Made by a program: the position numbers and the translations under genes. The notes under the pieces are model-generated. The model did not search any database. It saw nothing but the letters and a program-made list of their open reading frames with translations, and was not told the origin of the DNA. Positions 40,718 to 51,150 of a stretch of 64,000 nt of DNA are shown one piece after another. Position 1 is the stretch's first letter. Each line of letters opens with the position of its first letter. Source of the stretch: an uncultured Armatimonadetes bacterium (lineage in GTDB: Bacteria > Armatimonadota > Hebobacteria > Hebobacterales > Hebobacteraceae); NCBI GenBank assembly GCA_963716175.1, contig OY970296.1, positions 3,424,001 to 3,488,000 on the forward strand, written 5' to 3'.

Positions 40718-42685
40718 TCAAGATAGGTCCTCGACGCCAGCGCGTAGGAGTTCAGCTACGCTCCAGGCCTGGGCGATGCAGCCACGCGGGCGGTGAGGCG
40801 GGTCACCGTCGAAGATCTCCGAAACCTGCCCCAGCCCGGCATCCCGCAGGTGAGTCCAGAGTGACTGCAGCCAGTCACGGGCTTTGGCTTGCGCCTTGCT
40901 CCTGTCGTCGCTCACGCTGACGTAGGCGGTGATGAACGGGCCCAGCAGCCAGGGCCACACGGTACCCTGGTGGTAAGCGCCGTCCCGGGAGCGCTGGTCG
41001 CCAGAGCACTGCCCCCGATAGCGTGGGTCGTGAGGGGAAAGGGTCCGCAATCCGTAGGGAGTGAGCAGGTCTCGGCGCACCGCGGCCACGACCTGTCGGC
41101 CGCGCTCACGCGGCAGGATGGGGTAGGGGAGGCTGACCGCGAGGATCTGATTGGGCCGAAGGGAGCTGTCCTCGGCCGCATCTCCGTCCACCACATCGTT
41201 GAGGTAGCCCGCCCGCTGGTTCCAGAAGCGCGCTTGGAAGCTGGCGGCGACTCGAGCGGCAGGCGGCCCCGCGCGCTGGGCGCCCAGGTCGTCGAGGAAG
41301 CGAAGGGCGTGGTACCAGAGGGCATTCACTTCCACCGCCTTGCCGTGGCGGGGGGTCACCACCCAGTCATCCACCTTGGCATCCATCCACGTGAGCTGCG
41401 TACCGCGCTCACCGGCCCGCAGCAAGCCGTCGGAATCCATCCCGATGCCGTAGCGGGTTCCGCGCACATGCCAGGCGACAGCATCCAACAGCACCGGGAG
41501 CAGCTCGTCGGTGATGAAGGCGCGGTCGCCGCTGTAGTCGAGGTACTTGTGGGCGGCCCAGAACATCCAGAGGGTGGCGTCCACGCTGTTGTAGTCAGGC
41601 GGGTGAGAGAGATCCGGGATGCGGTTGGGGATCATGCCCTGCGAGCAGTGGCTGGCGAAGGTGCGAAGCACCGCCCTGGCGATGTCGTAGCGTCCGGTGA
41701 CGAGGGTCAGCCCAGGCAGACTGATCATGGCATCGCGGCCCCACTCCTCGAACCAGTGGTAGCCGGCGATGATGCCGCGGGAGGCGGGGGAGGTTTCAGG
41801 GCCGGCGCGGCCGACGATGAAGGTGTCGGCCGCGCTGACCAGTGACTGCATCGGCGCAGGCTCGTCCTGCCAGGTGGCGAGCAGGGAAGCGCGGCGCGCC
41901 CGCTCTGCTTCCATCAGCTCGCCCGGGTCGAGATCCTCTGGGGGTCGTGTGGAGGCGACCAGATAGTGAGTCTCGCCCTGGTCGAAGTTGCAGGTGAAGA
42001 AGCCCGGGCTGTAGAGGTCCTCGCGGAAGTCGAGCCCGCGCGCGGCCTCCTGAGCGTACTCGAAGTTGCGGTACCAGTCGCCCCAGGGCTCGAAGTAGGC
42101 GTGCGGGAAGTGGAGGTGGAGTTCAGGCCCCGCGGGGTAGGGATGCACCGTCACCACGTCTCGGGCGCCCGAGATCTTCGCATTGGTGTCGAACTGGGGG
42201 TTCTCCTGCATCAGGTCGTGGTGATCGCGGCAGTTGACCAGAGGCCGAACGATCAGGCTCACCGTGCCGGGCGCCGAGAGTAGGCGATAGCGCACGATCA
42301 CCTCGGGCCGCCCCTGGCACATGGCCACGGTCTTCTCGATCCGGGTGGGGATTCCGTCGCCGACTTCGTAGACGAATGTGGGGAAGGGATCGAGGCGGAA
42401 CTCGAGCAGATGGCGGTGGCCCTGGGGATGGATCACGCCCGGGTATTGGTTGCAGGAGAGATCGTACTCGACCTCGCGCACGGCAAGGGTTTCCTCCAGC
42501 TTCGAGAGCAGAACGGTGCGCTGAGTCGGAGGCTGGAGGGCGGTGACCAGCAAGGCATGGTAGCGGCGAGCGTTGGCTCCGACGATGGTGGAGGAGGCGT
42601 AACCACCAAGGCCATTGGTCTCGAGCCACTCCTTGGTTATGCCGGCGCCGAAGTCCCTGCAGATCTCGGGCCCGAAGGCGATCAC
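40718..42685 (-). CDS. Glycogen debranching enzyme (amylo-alpha-1,6-glucosidase family)
   Basis: EWLETNGLGGYAS, IAGYHWF..WGRD, LTWMDA, YHQGTVWPWL, QAWSVAE. Confidence 0.92.
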   Translation of the reverse strand: MIAFGPEICRDFGAGITKEWLETNGLGGYASSTIVGANARRYHALLVTALQPPTQRTVLLSKLEETLAVREVEYDLSCNQYPGVIHPQGHRHLLEFRLDPFPTFVYEVGDGIPTRIEKTVAMCQGRPEVIVRYRLLSAPGTVSLIVRPLVNCRDHHDLMQENPQFDTNAKISGARDVVTVHPYPAGPELHLHFPHAYFEPWGDWYRNFEYAQEAARGLDFREDLYSPGFFTCNFDQGETHYLVASTRPPEDLDPGELMEAERARRASLLATWQDEPAPMQSLVSAADTFIVGRAGPETSPASRGIIAGYHWFEEWGRDAMISLPGLTLVTGRYDIARAVLRTFASHCSQGMIPNRIPDLSHPPDYNSVDATLWMFWAAHKYLDYSGDRAFITDELLPVLLDAVAWHVRGTRYGIGMDSDGLLRAGERGTQLTWMDAKVDDWVVTPRHGKAVEVNALWYHALRFLDDLGAQRAGPPAARVAASFQARFWNQRAGYLNDVVDGDAAEDSSLRPNQILAVSLPYPILPRERGRQVVAAVRRDLLTPYGLRTLSPHDPRYRGQCSGDQRSRDGAYHQGTVWPWLLGPFITAYVSVSDDRSKAQAKARDWLQSLWTHLRDAGLGQVSEIFDGDPPHRPRGCIAQAWSVAELLRAGVEDLS

Positions 42686-42809
42686 GGTAGGTCACCCCGA
42701 GCTATGGTTTAGCCCAGTTCAGCGGCAGTCCTGCCGCAGGGATGACCGAACGGGCCCGAGCCCGAGGCCACTGGAACTCTTCCCCGGCGGAAGAGTAGGT
42801 CGCTGTTCT

Positions 42810-42914
42810 GTAGGGCGGGCACGCCTGTGCGCGCCGAGGCAGGTCGCGTGGCTAGGCCTGCTTTGCAGGCCGCCACCCCGGCCGCCGCAGGCGGCCTAGG
42901 GGGACCTGCCCTAC
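42810..42914. repeat. Inverted REP pair; right REP interrupted by hairpin element
   Basis: GTAGGGCGGGCAC... and GGCAGGTCGCG[54 nt]GACCTGCCCTAC; the REP supplies the kdgK stop codon. Confidence 0.75.
42849..42902 (+). mobile_element. 54-nt double TA-bulged hairpin insertion (copy C)
   Basis: TGGC-TA-GGCCTGC-TTT-GCAGGCC-GCCA + CCCC-GGCCGCC-GCA-GGCGGCC-TA-GGGG; flanks rejoin into the REP seen intact at 392, 15785 and 43926. Confidence 0.8.
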
Positions 42915-43903
42915 CTTTGGATGCGCAGGCCCGCGCCCTTGATCAGGGCCTCGACTTCGTCCAGGGTGCCCCAGTGGAAGTCGCCGGGGATGGAGTGCTT
43001 GAGCGCGGAGAAGGCGGTGCCGTAGGCTACCCCTTTGGCCATATCGTCCTGCAGGTAGCCCCACAGGAAGCCGGCGGTGAAGGAGTCGCCCGCGCCCAGG
43101 CGGTCCACAATCTCGACCTCGTAGCTCGGGGCCTCGTAGATCCGGTCTCCGGCCAGGGCGAAGGCGGACCAGGTGTTGCGGAGCACGCTGGGGGTTTCCC
43201 GCAAGGTGATGGCGACGGCCTTGAGAGAGAACCGGCGCTGCAGCTCGCGGGCGACCTCGCGGTAGTCCGCGGCCTCGATCTGGTAGACCTTCTTGGTATC
43301 TTCCTCGGTTGTGATGAGAATATCGGCGTGGGCCATGAGCGCGGTCATGACCCGGTTCGCCTCCGCCTCCGACCACAGCTTGGCGCGGTAGTTGACGTCT
43401 ACGCTCACAACGCAGCCGGCCTCCTTCGCAGCCTTCGCCGCCGCCAGGGTGGCCTCCGCACACGAGGAGCTGAGGGCGGGCGTGATGCCGGAGACGTGGA
43501 ACAGGCGCGTCTGCGAGAAGATGGCGAGCCAGTCGAAGTCGCCTGGCCGCAGGGAAGCGATGGCCGCACCGGCGCGGTCGTAGAGCACGGATGAAGCGCG
43601 GGGCTGGGCGCCGAACTCCACGAAATAGAGGCCCATCCTCTCGCCCTTCGTCCAGATCACGCGCGACACGTCCACCCCCTGCTCGCGGGCCTTGTTCGCG
43701 GTCATGCGACCGAGCGGGTTGTCCGGGAGCTTGGAGAGCCAGGCCGTCTTCAAGCCCAGACGCGCCGCAGCCACCGCGACGTTCAGCTCCGCGCCGCCAA
43801 TCCGCAGGTCCAGGGTGGTGGTCTGCTCAAGGCGCTGGAAGCTGGGCGGCGAGAGCCGGATCATGGCTTCGCCGAGGGTGATGAGGTCGAAGGGTCGGGG
43901 CAT
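42911..43903 (-). CDS. kdgK: PfkB-family sugar kinase, probable 2-keto-3-deoxygluconate kinase
   Basis: GGAELNVA, HVSGITPAL, DVNYRAKLW, DRLGAGDSF, KHSIPGD. Confidence 0.85.
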   Translation of the reverse strand: MPRPFDLITLGEAMIRLSPPSFQRLEQTTTLDLRIGGAELNVAVAAARLGLKTAWLSKLPDNPLGRMTANKAREQGVDVSRVIWTKGERMGLYFVEFGAQPRASSVLYDRAGAAIASLRPGDFDWLAIFSQTRLFHVSGITPALSSSCAEATLAAAKAAKEAGCVVSVDVNYRAKLWSEAEANRVMTALMAHADILITTEEDTKKVYQIEAADYREVARELQRRFSLKAVAITLRETPSVLRNTWSAFALAGDRIYEAPSYEVEIVDRLGAGDSFTAGFLWGYLQDDMAKGVAYGTAFSALKHSIPGDFHWGTLDEVEALIKGAGLRIQR

Positions 43904-43925
43904 GGGGGGCGTCCTCCTGAAGGGA

Positions 43926-43980
43926 GTAGGGCAGGTCCGCGACCTGCCCGGCGGGCATGCAGAGACGTGCCCGCCCTACA
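43926..43980. repeat. Inverted REP doublet
   Basis: GTAGGGCAGGTCCGCGACCTGCCC + GGCGGGCATGCAGAGACGTGCCCGCCCTACA. Confidence 0.85.
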
Positions 43981-43982
43981 AG

Positions 43983-44900
43983 CTACGCCAGCAGGCCGTA
44001 CTTCTCGATGTTCTCGTCGGCGAGTTCCTGGATGCGCGCGATCTGGGCCTTACCGGCTTCCCCCCGGAAGAGGTGGCGGAAGCGGCGCTGCACCTTCAGG
44101 TAGTCCTCCACCGGAACCTGCTTGATCTTGCGCACCCGCACCACTTTACCCAGCTCCCACTCCACTAGCGGGTAGATCCCGGTCTCCACGGCCAACCGGC
44201 CCACCTCGATGCTGGCATTCTCGTCATAGCCCCAGCCGGGAGGGCAGGGGACGTGAATCTGGATGTACTTGGGCCCCCGGGTGTCGAGCGCCCGCTTCAC
44301 CTTGCGCCTGATATCGGCGAAGTAGGACATAGAGGTGGTGGCGACATAAGGGATACCGTGGGCGGCGGCGATGGCGGGCAGATCCTTCTTCGGGCGATCC
44401 TCGCCAAAGGACCGCTTGCCGGCCGGGCTGGTAGTGGTGGAGGCGGCGAACGGGGTGGAGCCGGAGCGCTGCACTCCGGTGTTCATATAGGCCTCATTGT
44501 CCATGCAGACATAGAGCACATCATGGCCCCGCTCGAACATGCCAGAAAGCGCGCCGAAACCGATGTCCAGGGTGGCGCCATCGCCGCCGAAGGCGAGCAC
44601 ACGGATCTGGTCCAACTTGCCCTGCTTGCGCAGGGCGGCCTCGATGCCCGAGGCCACCGCGGGGTGGTTCTCGAACAAAGAGTGAATCCACGGCACTCCC
44701 CAGGCCGACTCCGGGTAGGGGGTGCTGAAGACCTCGAGGCAGCCGGTGGCATTGGCCACGATGCACTGGGGCCCGACGGTCTCCATCACCAGGCGGACAG
44801 CGGAGGCCTGGCCGCAACCGGCGCAGGCGCGATGGCCCGGTAAGAATCCTCTCGCAATGTCGTAATCGAACTCAGCAGCCTGAGCCGTGGTCTCGGCCAT
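43983..44900 (-). CDS. porB: Pyruvate:ferredoxin oxidoreductase beta subunit
   Basis: [24 protein letters not shown] motif, [15 protein letters not shown]. Confidence 0.92.
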   Translation of the reverse strand: MAETTAQAAEFDYDIARGFLPGHRACAGCGQASAVRLVMETVGPQCIVANATGCLEVFSTPYPESAWGVPWIHSLFENHPAVASGIEAALRKQGKLDQIRVLAFGGDGATLDIGFGALSGMFERGHDVLYVCMDNEAYMNTGVQRSGSTPFAASTTTSPAGKRSFGEDRPKKDLPAIAAAHGIPYVATTSMSYFADIRRKVKRALDTRGPKYIQIHVPCPPGWGYDENASIEVGRLAVETGIYPLVEWELGKVVRVRKIKQVPVEDYLKVQRRFRHLFRGEAGKAQIARIQELADENIEKYGLLA

Positions 44901-44901
44901 G

Positions 44902-46071
44902 TCAGCTCTCCTCCAGCATCTCGGCGCGCAGGCCGGCGAAGAAGTCAGTCTCGCCGTCCCTGGCGCGCCGCAGCATTTCGTCAATGGTACCCATGGTAAT
45001 GTCACGGCCCCCCAGCCCTGTCACTGCGCAGACCACCGCCGGGGTAATCGCCTGCCCGTAGAGCGCGGCCCGCACCTCGGCCGGGACAATGCCGTAGCCG
45101 CCCATGCTCACCGCTTTCTCCAGCACGATCACATGTCTGGCTTTGGCCAGCGCCTCTCGCAGCTCGTCCTGCGGGAAGGGCCGGTAGCAGCGCAGCTTCA
45201 GCACGCCCACCTTTTCGCCCCGGTCGCGGGCGACATCGGCCCAGTCCTTCAGCGTGCCGACGACTGAGCCCAGGCCGATGAAGATGGTCTCGGCGTCCTC
45301 GCAGCGATAGGCCTCGAGGACGTCTCCCGACCAGCGGCCGAAGGCCTGCTGGAAGCCGCGCGCCACCTCTTTCACCACTTCCTTGGCGGCCAGGCAGTCC
45401 CGCTGCATGGTATAGCGGATCTCGTGATAGAGCTCGGGCCCGGCATAGGCGCCCAGGGTGATAGGGTCGGCCGGGTCGAGCTGGTAGAGCGGGTTATAGC
45501 GGGGCAGGAAAGCATCCACCTGCTCCTGGGTGGGAACGTCCACAGTCTCATAGGTGTGGGTCAAGATGAACCCATCCATGCACACCATCACCGGCAGCAA
45601 CACCCGGTCGTCCTCGGCGATCTTGTAGGCCTGGATGTGCATATCCAGGCACTCCTGGCTGCTCTCGGCATAGAGCTGAATCCAGCCGGTGTCGCGCAGG
45701 GCCAGCGTGTCCTGTTGATCGTTCCAGATGCTGAGGGGGGCGGAGACAGCGCGGTTGACACCGGTGATCACCATGGGCAGGCGCATGCCGGCGATGTTGT
45801 AGAGCACCTCCACCATCAGCAGCATGCCCTGGGAGGTGGTGGCGGAATAAGCGCGGCTGCCCGCGGCCACCGCGCCCAGGCAGACGGAGGCGGCGGAGTG
45901 CTCGCTCTCCACTCGCACGTACTCGGCGTCAATGTCCCCGTCCGCCACCATCTGGGAGAGCTCCTCGACGATATGGGTCTGAGGGGTGATGGGATAGGCG
46001 GAGATCACGTCCGGCCGGCACAGGCCGACGGCTTCGGCGACGGCGCGGGAGCCTTCGATCATCTTGCGCAT
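44902..46071 (-). CDS. porA: Pyruvate:ferredoxin oxidoreductase alpha subunit
   Basis: [31 protein letters not shown]. Confidence 0.93.
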   Translation of the reverse strand: MRKMIEGSRAVAEAVGLCRPDVISAYPITPQTHIVEELSQMVADGDIDAEYVRVESEHSAASVCLGAVAAGSRAYSATTSQGMLLMVEVLYNIAGMRLPMVITGVNRAVSAPLSIWNDQQDTLALRDTGWIQLYAESSQECLDMHIQAYKIAEDDRVLLPVMVCMDGFILTHTYETVDVPTQEQVDAFLPRYNPLYQLDPADPITLGAYAGPELYHEIRYTMQRDCLAAKEVVKEVARGFQQAFGRWSGDVLEAYRCEDAETIFIGLGSVVGTLKDWADVARDRGEKVGVLKLRCYRPFPQDELREALAKARHVIVLEKAVSMGGYGIVPAEVRAALYGQAITPAVVCAVTGLGGRDITMGTIDEMLRRARDGETDFFAGLRAEMLEES

Positions 46072-46126
46072 TGGTGATGGTCCTCGCTGTAACTCGTGCT
46101 TGCGGCGGTCCAGTGGTTCCGCCGCA

Positions 46127-46411
46127 CTATCGGTGCTCCTCGACCATGGTGATGGCATGGGCCGGACAGACCGCGGCGCAGAGGCCACAGCCCTTGCAGA
46201 ACTCCATGTCGGCCTCGTACTGCTTCTTCTCGAGGTGACGGATGCAGCCCTCGGGGCAGATGGTTTCGCAGGTGTTGCAGCCGGTGCATTTGGCGCAGTC
46301 GAAGACCGGGGTGAGAATGCCCCAGGAACCGGTCTTGTTGCGGAGAGAGGAGCCGGGGCGAGTGACGATGCCCAGGGGCGGCTTCCTCCGTGGCTTGCTC
46401 GGTGCGCTCAT
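46127..46411 (-). CDS. porD: Pyruvate:ferredoxin oxidoreductase delta subunit (2x4Fe-4S)
   Basis: KTGSW, two CxxCxxCxxxCP motifs. Confidence 0.9.
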   Translation of the reverse strand: MSAPSKPRRKPPLGIVTRPGSSLRNKTGSWGILTPVFDCAKCTGCNTCETICPEGCIRHLEKKQYEADMEFCKGCGLCAAVCPAHAITMVEEHR

Positions 46412-46956
46412 TTAGTCTGCTCCTTGATGGCCTCATAGGCACGCCGGGCGGCCTTGATATTCCTGTCCCCCAGCTCACCGGGGAAGCGATGGCGAATGCT
46501 GCGCTCGATGGCCTCGAAGCTGATCATGCCCGAGAGCCCGGAGAAGGCGCCCAGGATGGCGGTGTTCATGATGGGCCGGCCCAGCTCCTCCATGGCGATC
46601 TTGGTGGCCGGGAAGGTGATGACACGGGCGGAGGTGTCGAGGTTGAGGTCGGCAGCGGGATGCTCGGAGTTGATGAGCACGGTCCCATCGGGCTTCAGCC
46701 CGGAGAGCACATCTACAGCTTCAAGCAAGGTCGGGTCTTGCACCACCACGTAATCGGGCTGGTAGATCTGGCTGCGGATGCGGACGGGCTGGTCGCTGAT
46801 ACGGCAGAATGCCACCACCGGGGCCCCGCGGCGCTCGACCCCGAAGGCGGGGAAGGCCTGGGCCTCCCGGCCGTCGTCGAAGGCGGCAACCGCGAGCAGC
46901 TCGGCCGCTGTCACCGTCCCTTGCCCTCCTCGTCCGTGCAGTCTAATCTCGATCAT
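46408..46956 (-). CDS. porC: Pyruvate:ferredoxin oxidoreductase gamma subunit
   Basis: EIRLHGRGGQG, FGVERRGAPV, NTAILGA. Confidence 0.92.
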   Translation of the reverse strand: MIEIRLHGRGGQGTVTAAELLAVAAFDDGREAQAFPAFGVERRGAPVVAFCRISDQPVRIRSQIYQPDYVVVQDPTLLEAVDVLSGLKPDGTVLINSEHPAADLNLDTSARVITFPATKIAMEELGRPIMNTAILGAFSGLSGMISFEAIERSIRHRFPGELGDRNIKAARRAYEAIKEQTK

Positions 46957-46988
46957 GTAGTTCTCCTGATCTCGCCCTGACCAACTAG

Positions 46989-47071
46989 CCGCCGATGAAC
47001 GCCGATAAACGCAGATAGTTTCCTAGCCCGCCTCCGGCGGGTAATCGGTGTTCATCTGCGTTCATCCGCGG
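46989..47071. repeat. Inverted repeat built from ~9-nt units
   Basis: CCGCCGATGAACGCCGATAAACGCAGAT ... ATCGGTGTTCATCTGCGTTCATCCGCGG; related half at 14824-14841. Confidence 0.65.
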
Positions 47072-47304
47072 ATAGTGTGCCTAGCGATGTCCCTCCCCTA
47101 CACGCGCCCACAGGCGGGGATAGGGACCCCGCCCGCGGGGGCACACGCAACCCCAACGATCTACCCAAGCCTGCAAGGCCAGGCCCAGCCGTGACAGTTC
47201 CACTGGCCGGCCCGAAGTCCCTCTTGGGGATCGTCCCGAGGACGGGGCTCCCACGCGTGCCCAGAGCGCGGCGGGACTATGGGGGAGGAGACTTCGCTCC
47301 TGCA

Positions 47305-48735
47305 CTACGGACTCTTCTGCTGCAGATACGCGTGTATCGCCCGTGCCGCGCGCTTGGCGTCGCCCATGGCGGCGATCACGGTGCCGGCGTCATTGGCGAT
47401 GTCGCCGCCGGCGAAGACGCCCGGCAGGCTGGTCGCGCCGGTCTCCGGGTCCACGATGAACTTCCCCCACTGGTTCGTCTTCAGCCGCGGCTCGCGCCGC
47501 GCCAGCAGCGGGTTGGGGGCCTGGCTGACCGCCACCACCACGGTGTCGGCTGGGATCACGAACTCGCTGTGGGGCACCGGCACGGGCCGGCGGCGCCCGC
47601 TCTCGTCCGGCTCACCCAGCTCGGAGCGCTGGCATTCCAGCCCGGTCACGTGGCCCTTCTCGTCCCCGAGCATGCGCAGGGGGATGGTCAGCTCCATCAG
47701 GGCCACCCCTTCGTCGAGCGCGTTCTCCACCTCCTCTTTGCGGGCCGGCATCTCGGCGCGGGTGCGCCGATAGACCAGCGTGGACTGCGCCCCCAGGCGG
47801 AGCGCGCTGCGGGCCGAGTCCATGGCGACATTCCCGCCGCCGATGACGATGGCTTTCCTGCCGACCTTGATGGGCGTGCGGTACTCCGGGAACTTGTAGG
47901 CCTTCATCAGGTTGATGCGGGTCAGGAACTCATTGGCGGAATAGACGCCGCCCAGGTTCTCGCCGGGGATGTGAAGGAAGTAGGGGAGGCCGGCGCCGGC
48001 CGCCACGAACACGGCCTCGAACCCCTCTTCGTGGAACAGCTCGTCGAGGGTGATGGTATTGCCCACCAGCACGTTGGTCTCGATCTCCACCCCGAGCCGT
48101 CTCACGTACTCCACCTCGCGGTCGAGGATGGCGCGGGGCAGACGGAACTCGGGAATCCCGTAGCGCAGCACGCCTCCGGGAGCGTGCAGTGACTCGAACA
48201 GCGTGACCCGGTAGCCGAAGCGGGCGAGGTCGGCGGCGGCAGTGAGCCCACCGGGGCCGGACCCGATGACCGCTACTTTGGGTGCGCGGGGCTCCGGCAC
48301 GTGAGGCGGCGGAAGGGGGAGATGGCCTATCTCCCAATCGGCGACGAATCGCTCCAGGGCGCCGATGGCGACCGGCTCGCCCTTTCGCCCCAGGACGCAG
48401 GCGGCCTCGCACTGGGTCTCCTGGGGGCACACCCGGCCGCAGATGGCGGGAAGCGCGTTCTTCTCCTTCAGCACCCGCACCGCCTCCTCGAACCGCTCCT
48501 CGGCCAGGGCGTTGATGAAACCAGGGATGTCAATCTCCACCGGGCAGCCGGGCACACAGCTGGGCCGCTTGCACTGGAGGCAGCGCCTGGCCTCCGACAG
48601 CGCCGCGTCCAGCGCGAACCCCAGCGCGACTTCCTCGAAGTCCCGGGCGCGCGTGCCCGGGTCGCGGCGAGGCAAGGGCTGGCGCGGTGCCTTCGTCGGC
48701 TTCTTGCGAGTGGGGGTTTCGCGGCTCGCGGTCAT
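47305..48735 (-). CDS. nfnB: NfnB/SudA-like GltD-family NADPH-dependent oxidoreductase
   Basis: RCLQC..C..GCP, CGRVCPQETQC, GSGPGG, GGGNVAMD; paired with NfnA-like gene. Confidence 0.85.
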   Translation of the reverse strand: MTASRETPTRKKPTKAPRQPLPRRDPGTRARDFEEVALGFALDAALSEARRCLQCKRPSCVPGCPVEIDIPGFINALAEERFEEAVRVLKEKNALPAICGRVCPQETQCEAACVLGRKGEPVAIGALERFVADWEIGHLPLPPPHVPEPRAPKVAVIGSGPGGLTAAADLARFGYRVTLFESLHAPGGVLRYGIPEFRLPRAILDREVEYVRRLGVEIETNVLVGNTITLDELFHEEGFEAVFVAAGAGLPYFLHIPGENLGGVYSANEFLTRINLMKAYKFPEYRTPIKVGRKAIVIGGGNVAMDSARSALRLGAQSTLVYRRTRAEMPARKEEVENALDEGVALMELTIPLRMLGDEKGHVTGLECQRSELGEPDESGRRRPVPVPHSEFVIPADTVVVAVSQAPNPLLARREPRLKTNQWGKFIVDPETGATSLPGVFAGGDIANDAGTVIAAMGDAKRAARAIHAYLQQKSP

Positions 48736-49598
48736 GGCTTCTCGGGCTTCCCTCCACTCGCCTCCTGCTTGAGGGCCGCGAGCTGCGGGTCCAGCAGGCA
48801 CTGCTCCTCGTCGAAGAAGGCGCGCTTGCGCTTGGCGAGTTCGTCGAAGTCAACCAGGTGGCCATCGAACTCCGGGCCATCCACACAGGCGAACTTGACC
48901 TCCCCCCCGACGGTGACGCGGCAGCCTCCGCACATCCCCGTGCCGTCCACCATGATGGGATCCAGACTCACCAGGGTGGGCAGCCTGTACTCCTTGGTGA
49001 GGGCGCTGGTGGCTCGCATCATGGGGAGAGGGCCGATGGCGATGCAGTAGTCGAGATGCTCTCCCCGTTCGAGCAGGCCCCGCAGCACATCGGTCACCAG
49101 GCCGTGATGCCCGAGAGAGCCGTCGTCGGTGGCGATGTGTAGCTGGCTGCTCAGCGCGCGGATCTCCTCCACGAAGAAGAGCAGATCCCGGCTGCGCGCG
49201 CCGAGGATGGAGATGATCTCGTTCCCGGCCTCCCTGAAGGCCTTGACCTCGGGGTAGATGAGCGCGATCCCCACCCCGCCGGCGACGCAGGCGACGCGGC
49301 CGTATCGCCTCACCTCCGTCGCCTGGCCCAAAGGCCCAAGGATGTCGGTGACGGTCTGACCGACCTCCATCTCAGCCAGGCGACGCGTGGAGTAGCCGGC
49401 GGCCTGAATGACGGTGGTGATCGTGCCCCGCTCGGGGTCATGGTCAGCGACCGTGAGCGGCATCCGCTCGTCTTCTTCCCCGATGCGGAGGATGATGAAC
49501 TGGCCGGCTCTGACCTTGCGGGCCACGCGCGGCGCTCGCATCTCCAACAGCGTCACCGTGGGCGCCAATGCGCGCTTGGATACGATCTCGAAAGCCAT
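48732..49598 (-). CDS. nfnA: NfnA/SudB-like FAD/NAD-binding [2Fe-2S] subunit
   Basis: GQFIILR..ERMPLT, GPLG, MVDGTGMCGGCRV..CVDGPEF. Confidence 0.88.
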   Translation of the reverse strand: MAFEIVSKRALAPTVTLLEMRAPRVARKVRAGQFIILRIGEEDERMPLTVADHDPERGTITTVIQAAGYSTRRLAEMEVGQTVTDILGPLGQATEVRRYGRVACVAGGVGIALIYPEVKAFREAGNEIISILGARSRDLLFFVEEIRALSSQLHIATDDGSLGHHGLVTDVLRGLLERGEHLDYCIAIGPLPMMRATSALTKEYRLPTLVSLDPIMVDGTGMCGGCRVTVGGEVKFACVDGPEFDGHLVDFDELAKRKRAFFDEEQCLLDPQLAALKQEASGGKPEKP

Positions 49599-49740
49599 GG
49601 GCTGCTGCGACCCTCTGGTTTATGATACCCAGTCCCGGCCGGTGCGCGAACCCACTCGGGAGCCCCATCGGGGCTCCCCGGCGGAACGCAAGGCCAGTGA
49701 ATTCGCAGCAGAAAGGCGAGTCTCCTTCTTCCACTCCCGA

Positions 49741-49840
49741 TGGCGTTCGCACGAGGAAGTAATGTGCGAACGCCGCTCTCGGCCCGTCTGAGCAGTTGCC
49801 CGAGCTTCGCCCCGTTACTTCCTTGAGCGAAGCTCAGTAG
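49741..49840 (+). repeat. ~100-bp two-hairpin dispersed repeat, copy 3
   Basis: Aligns with 53370-53469 and the reverse complement of 26171-26271. Confidence 0.85.
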
Positions 49841-49847
49841 TGCGCAG

Positions 49848-50858
49848 CTAGCGCCAGCGCGCGGCCAGGCTCAGGCCGTAGAGAGACTGGGCCACCAGGT
49901 TCTCACCGATCTCCACGGCAACGTGTTCGCCACACATGTTGTGCCCGGCCGCCTGGCCGTGCGCGCTGGCCCGGATCCAGCCATAGCCGTGCGCTCGCTG
50001 TTCGGTGCCGCTGGCCTGAATCTCGGCCACGTCGCCCGCCGCCCAGATCATCTCATCGGTGGTGCGCAGGTGCTCATCGGTGACGACGCCGGCTTCCACG
50101 GCGATTCCCGATCCACTCAGCAGGTTCGTCTCTCCGCGCTGGCCACCCGCGAAGCCGACGATCTCGGCCGGCAGCTCATGGCCCTCCCGCGTCTTGACGG
50201 CCCGCACCCGCCCGGCTCGCCCCACCAGCTCGACGGCCCTGTCCAGCACTAGCACTTTCACACCGTGCTCGGCCAGGATCCGCTCCATGGTCTGCTCGTC
50301 GGTCTGGAAGAGGGGGAGGAACCAAGGGGTGTCATCGGGCACCACGAGCGTTACTTCCAGCCCGCGCAGGCGCAATGCTCGGACCAGCTCGAGCGCTTGC
50401 AGGCCCTGGCCGACGACCACGGCCCGCTTTGCCTGCTCAGCCCAGGCCTTGACCTTCACCGCGTCGGCATAGGCGCTGAAGGTTGTCACCCCCTCCAAGT
50501 CGGCGCCCGGGATCTCCGGCAGCACCGGCCTGGCCCCGGTGGCGATGAGCAGCAGATCATAGGGCACCTCTTCTCTGCTGCTCAGCGAGACAGTTCGTTC
50601 TCGACGGTAGTTCAGCCCCACGGCCTGGCGGCCGAGCATGAGGCTGATGTTCTTGGCGGCGGCCGTGGCTTCGAACTCCAGCCATATGTCCTGATCCTGG
50701 ATGCGGCCGGCCACGAGATCGGCAAGCAAGGGCCGCAGGTAGAAAGGCCGATCTTCCTCGGCGATGAGAGTGATGGGGTCGTCGCGGCGGAGGCCGCGAA
50801 TGGTTTCGGCGGCCTGCATGGCGGCAATGCCGCCCCCGACTATCAGGTAGCGCTGCAT
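49848..50858 (-). CDS. FAD-dependent pyridine nucleotide oxidoreductase (rubredoxin reductase-like)
   Basis: IVGGGIAA, LLIATGA, WAAGDVAE; GGAGG RBS. Confidence 0.85.
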   Translation of the reverse strand: MQRYLIVGGGIAAMQAAETIRGLRRDDPITLIAEEDRPFYLRPLLADLVAGRIQDQDIWLEFEATAAAKNISLMLGRQAVGLNYRRERTVSLSSREEVPYDLLLIATGARPVLPEIPGADLEGVTTFSAYADAVKVKAWAEQAKRAVVVGQGLQALELVRALRLRGLEVTLVVPDDTPWFLPLFQTDEQTMERILAEHGVKVLVLDRAVELVGRAGRVRAVKTREGHELPAEIVGFAGGQRGETNLLSGSGIAVEAGVVTDEHLRTTDEMIWAAGDVAEIQASGTEQRAHGYGWIRASAHGQAAGHNMCGEHVAVEIGENLVAQSLYGLSLAARWR

Positions 50859-51150
50859 CGAGTTCCCTCCCTTGGCCCCCTGGGCCTGATGGGCATCAGG
50901 TCGCCTGATTCGGGCCCTGCCCAGCCCCTCCTGCTGGGCGCGCGTTGGCGATGGTGCGACAGCCGCACGCGTGGTGCGATGAGCGTCCCATGGCAGGCAG
51001 AAATGACGTCCAGGGGCACTCTTCTGGGCCGCCATTCCTAGGCCGGCCCCGTATGTGCCACCGCTGGCACTGCCGGTGGGCAGGAGACGGGACCGGTAGT
51101 GAGAAGGTTTAGGGCGATAGGCTCAGAGGGTAGCGGGAGGGTAGCACTCA

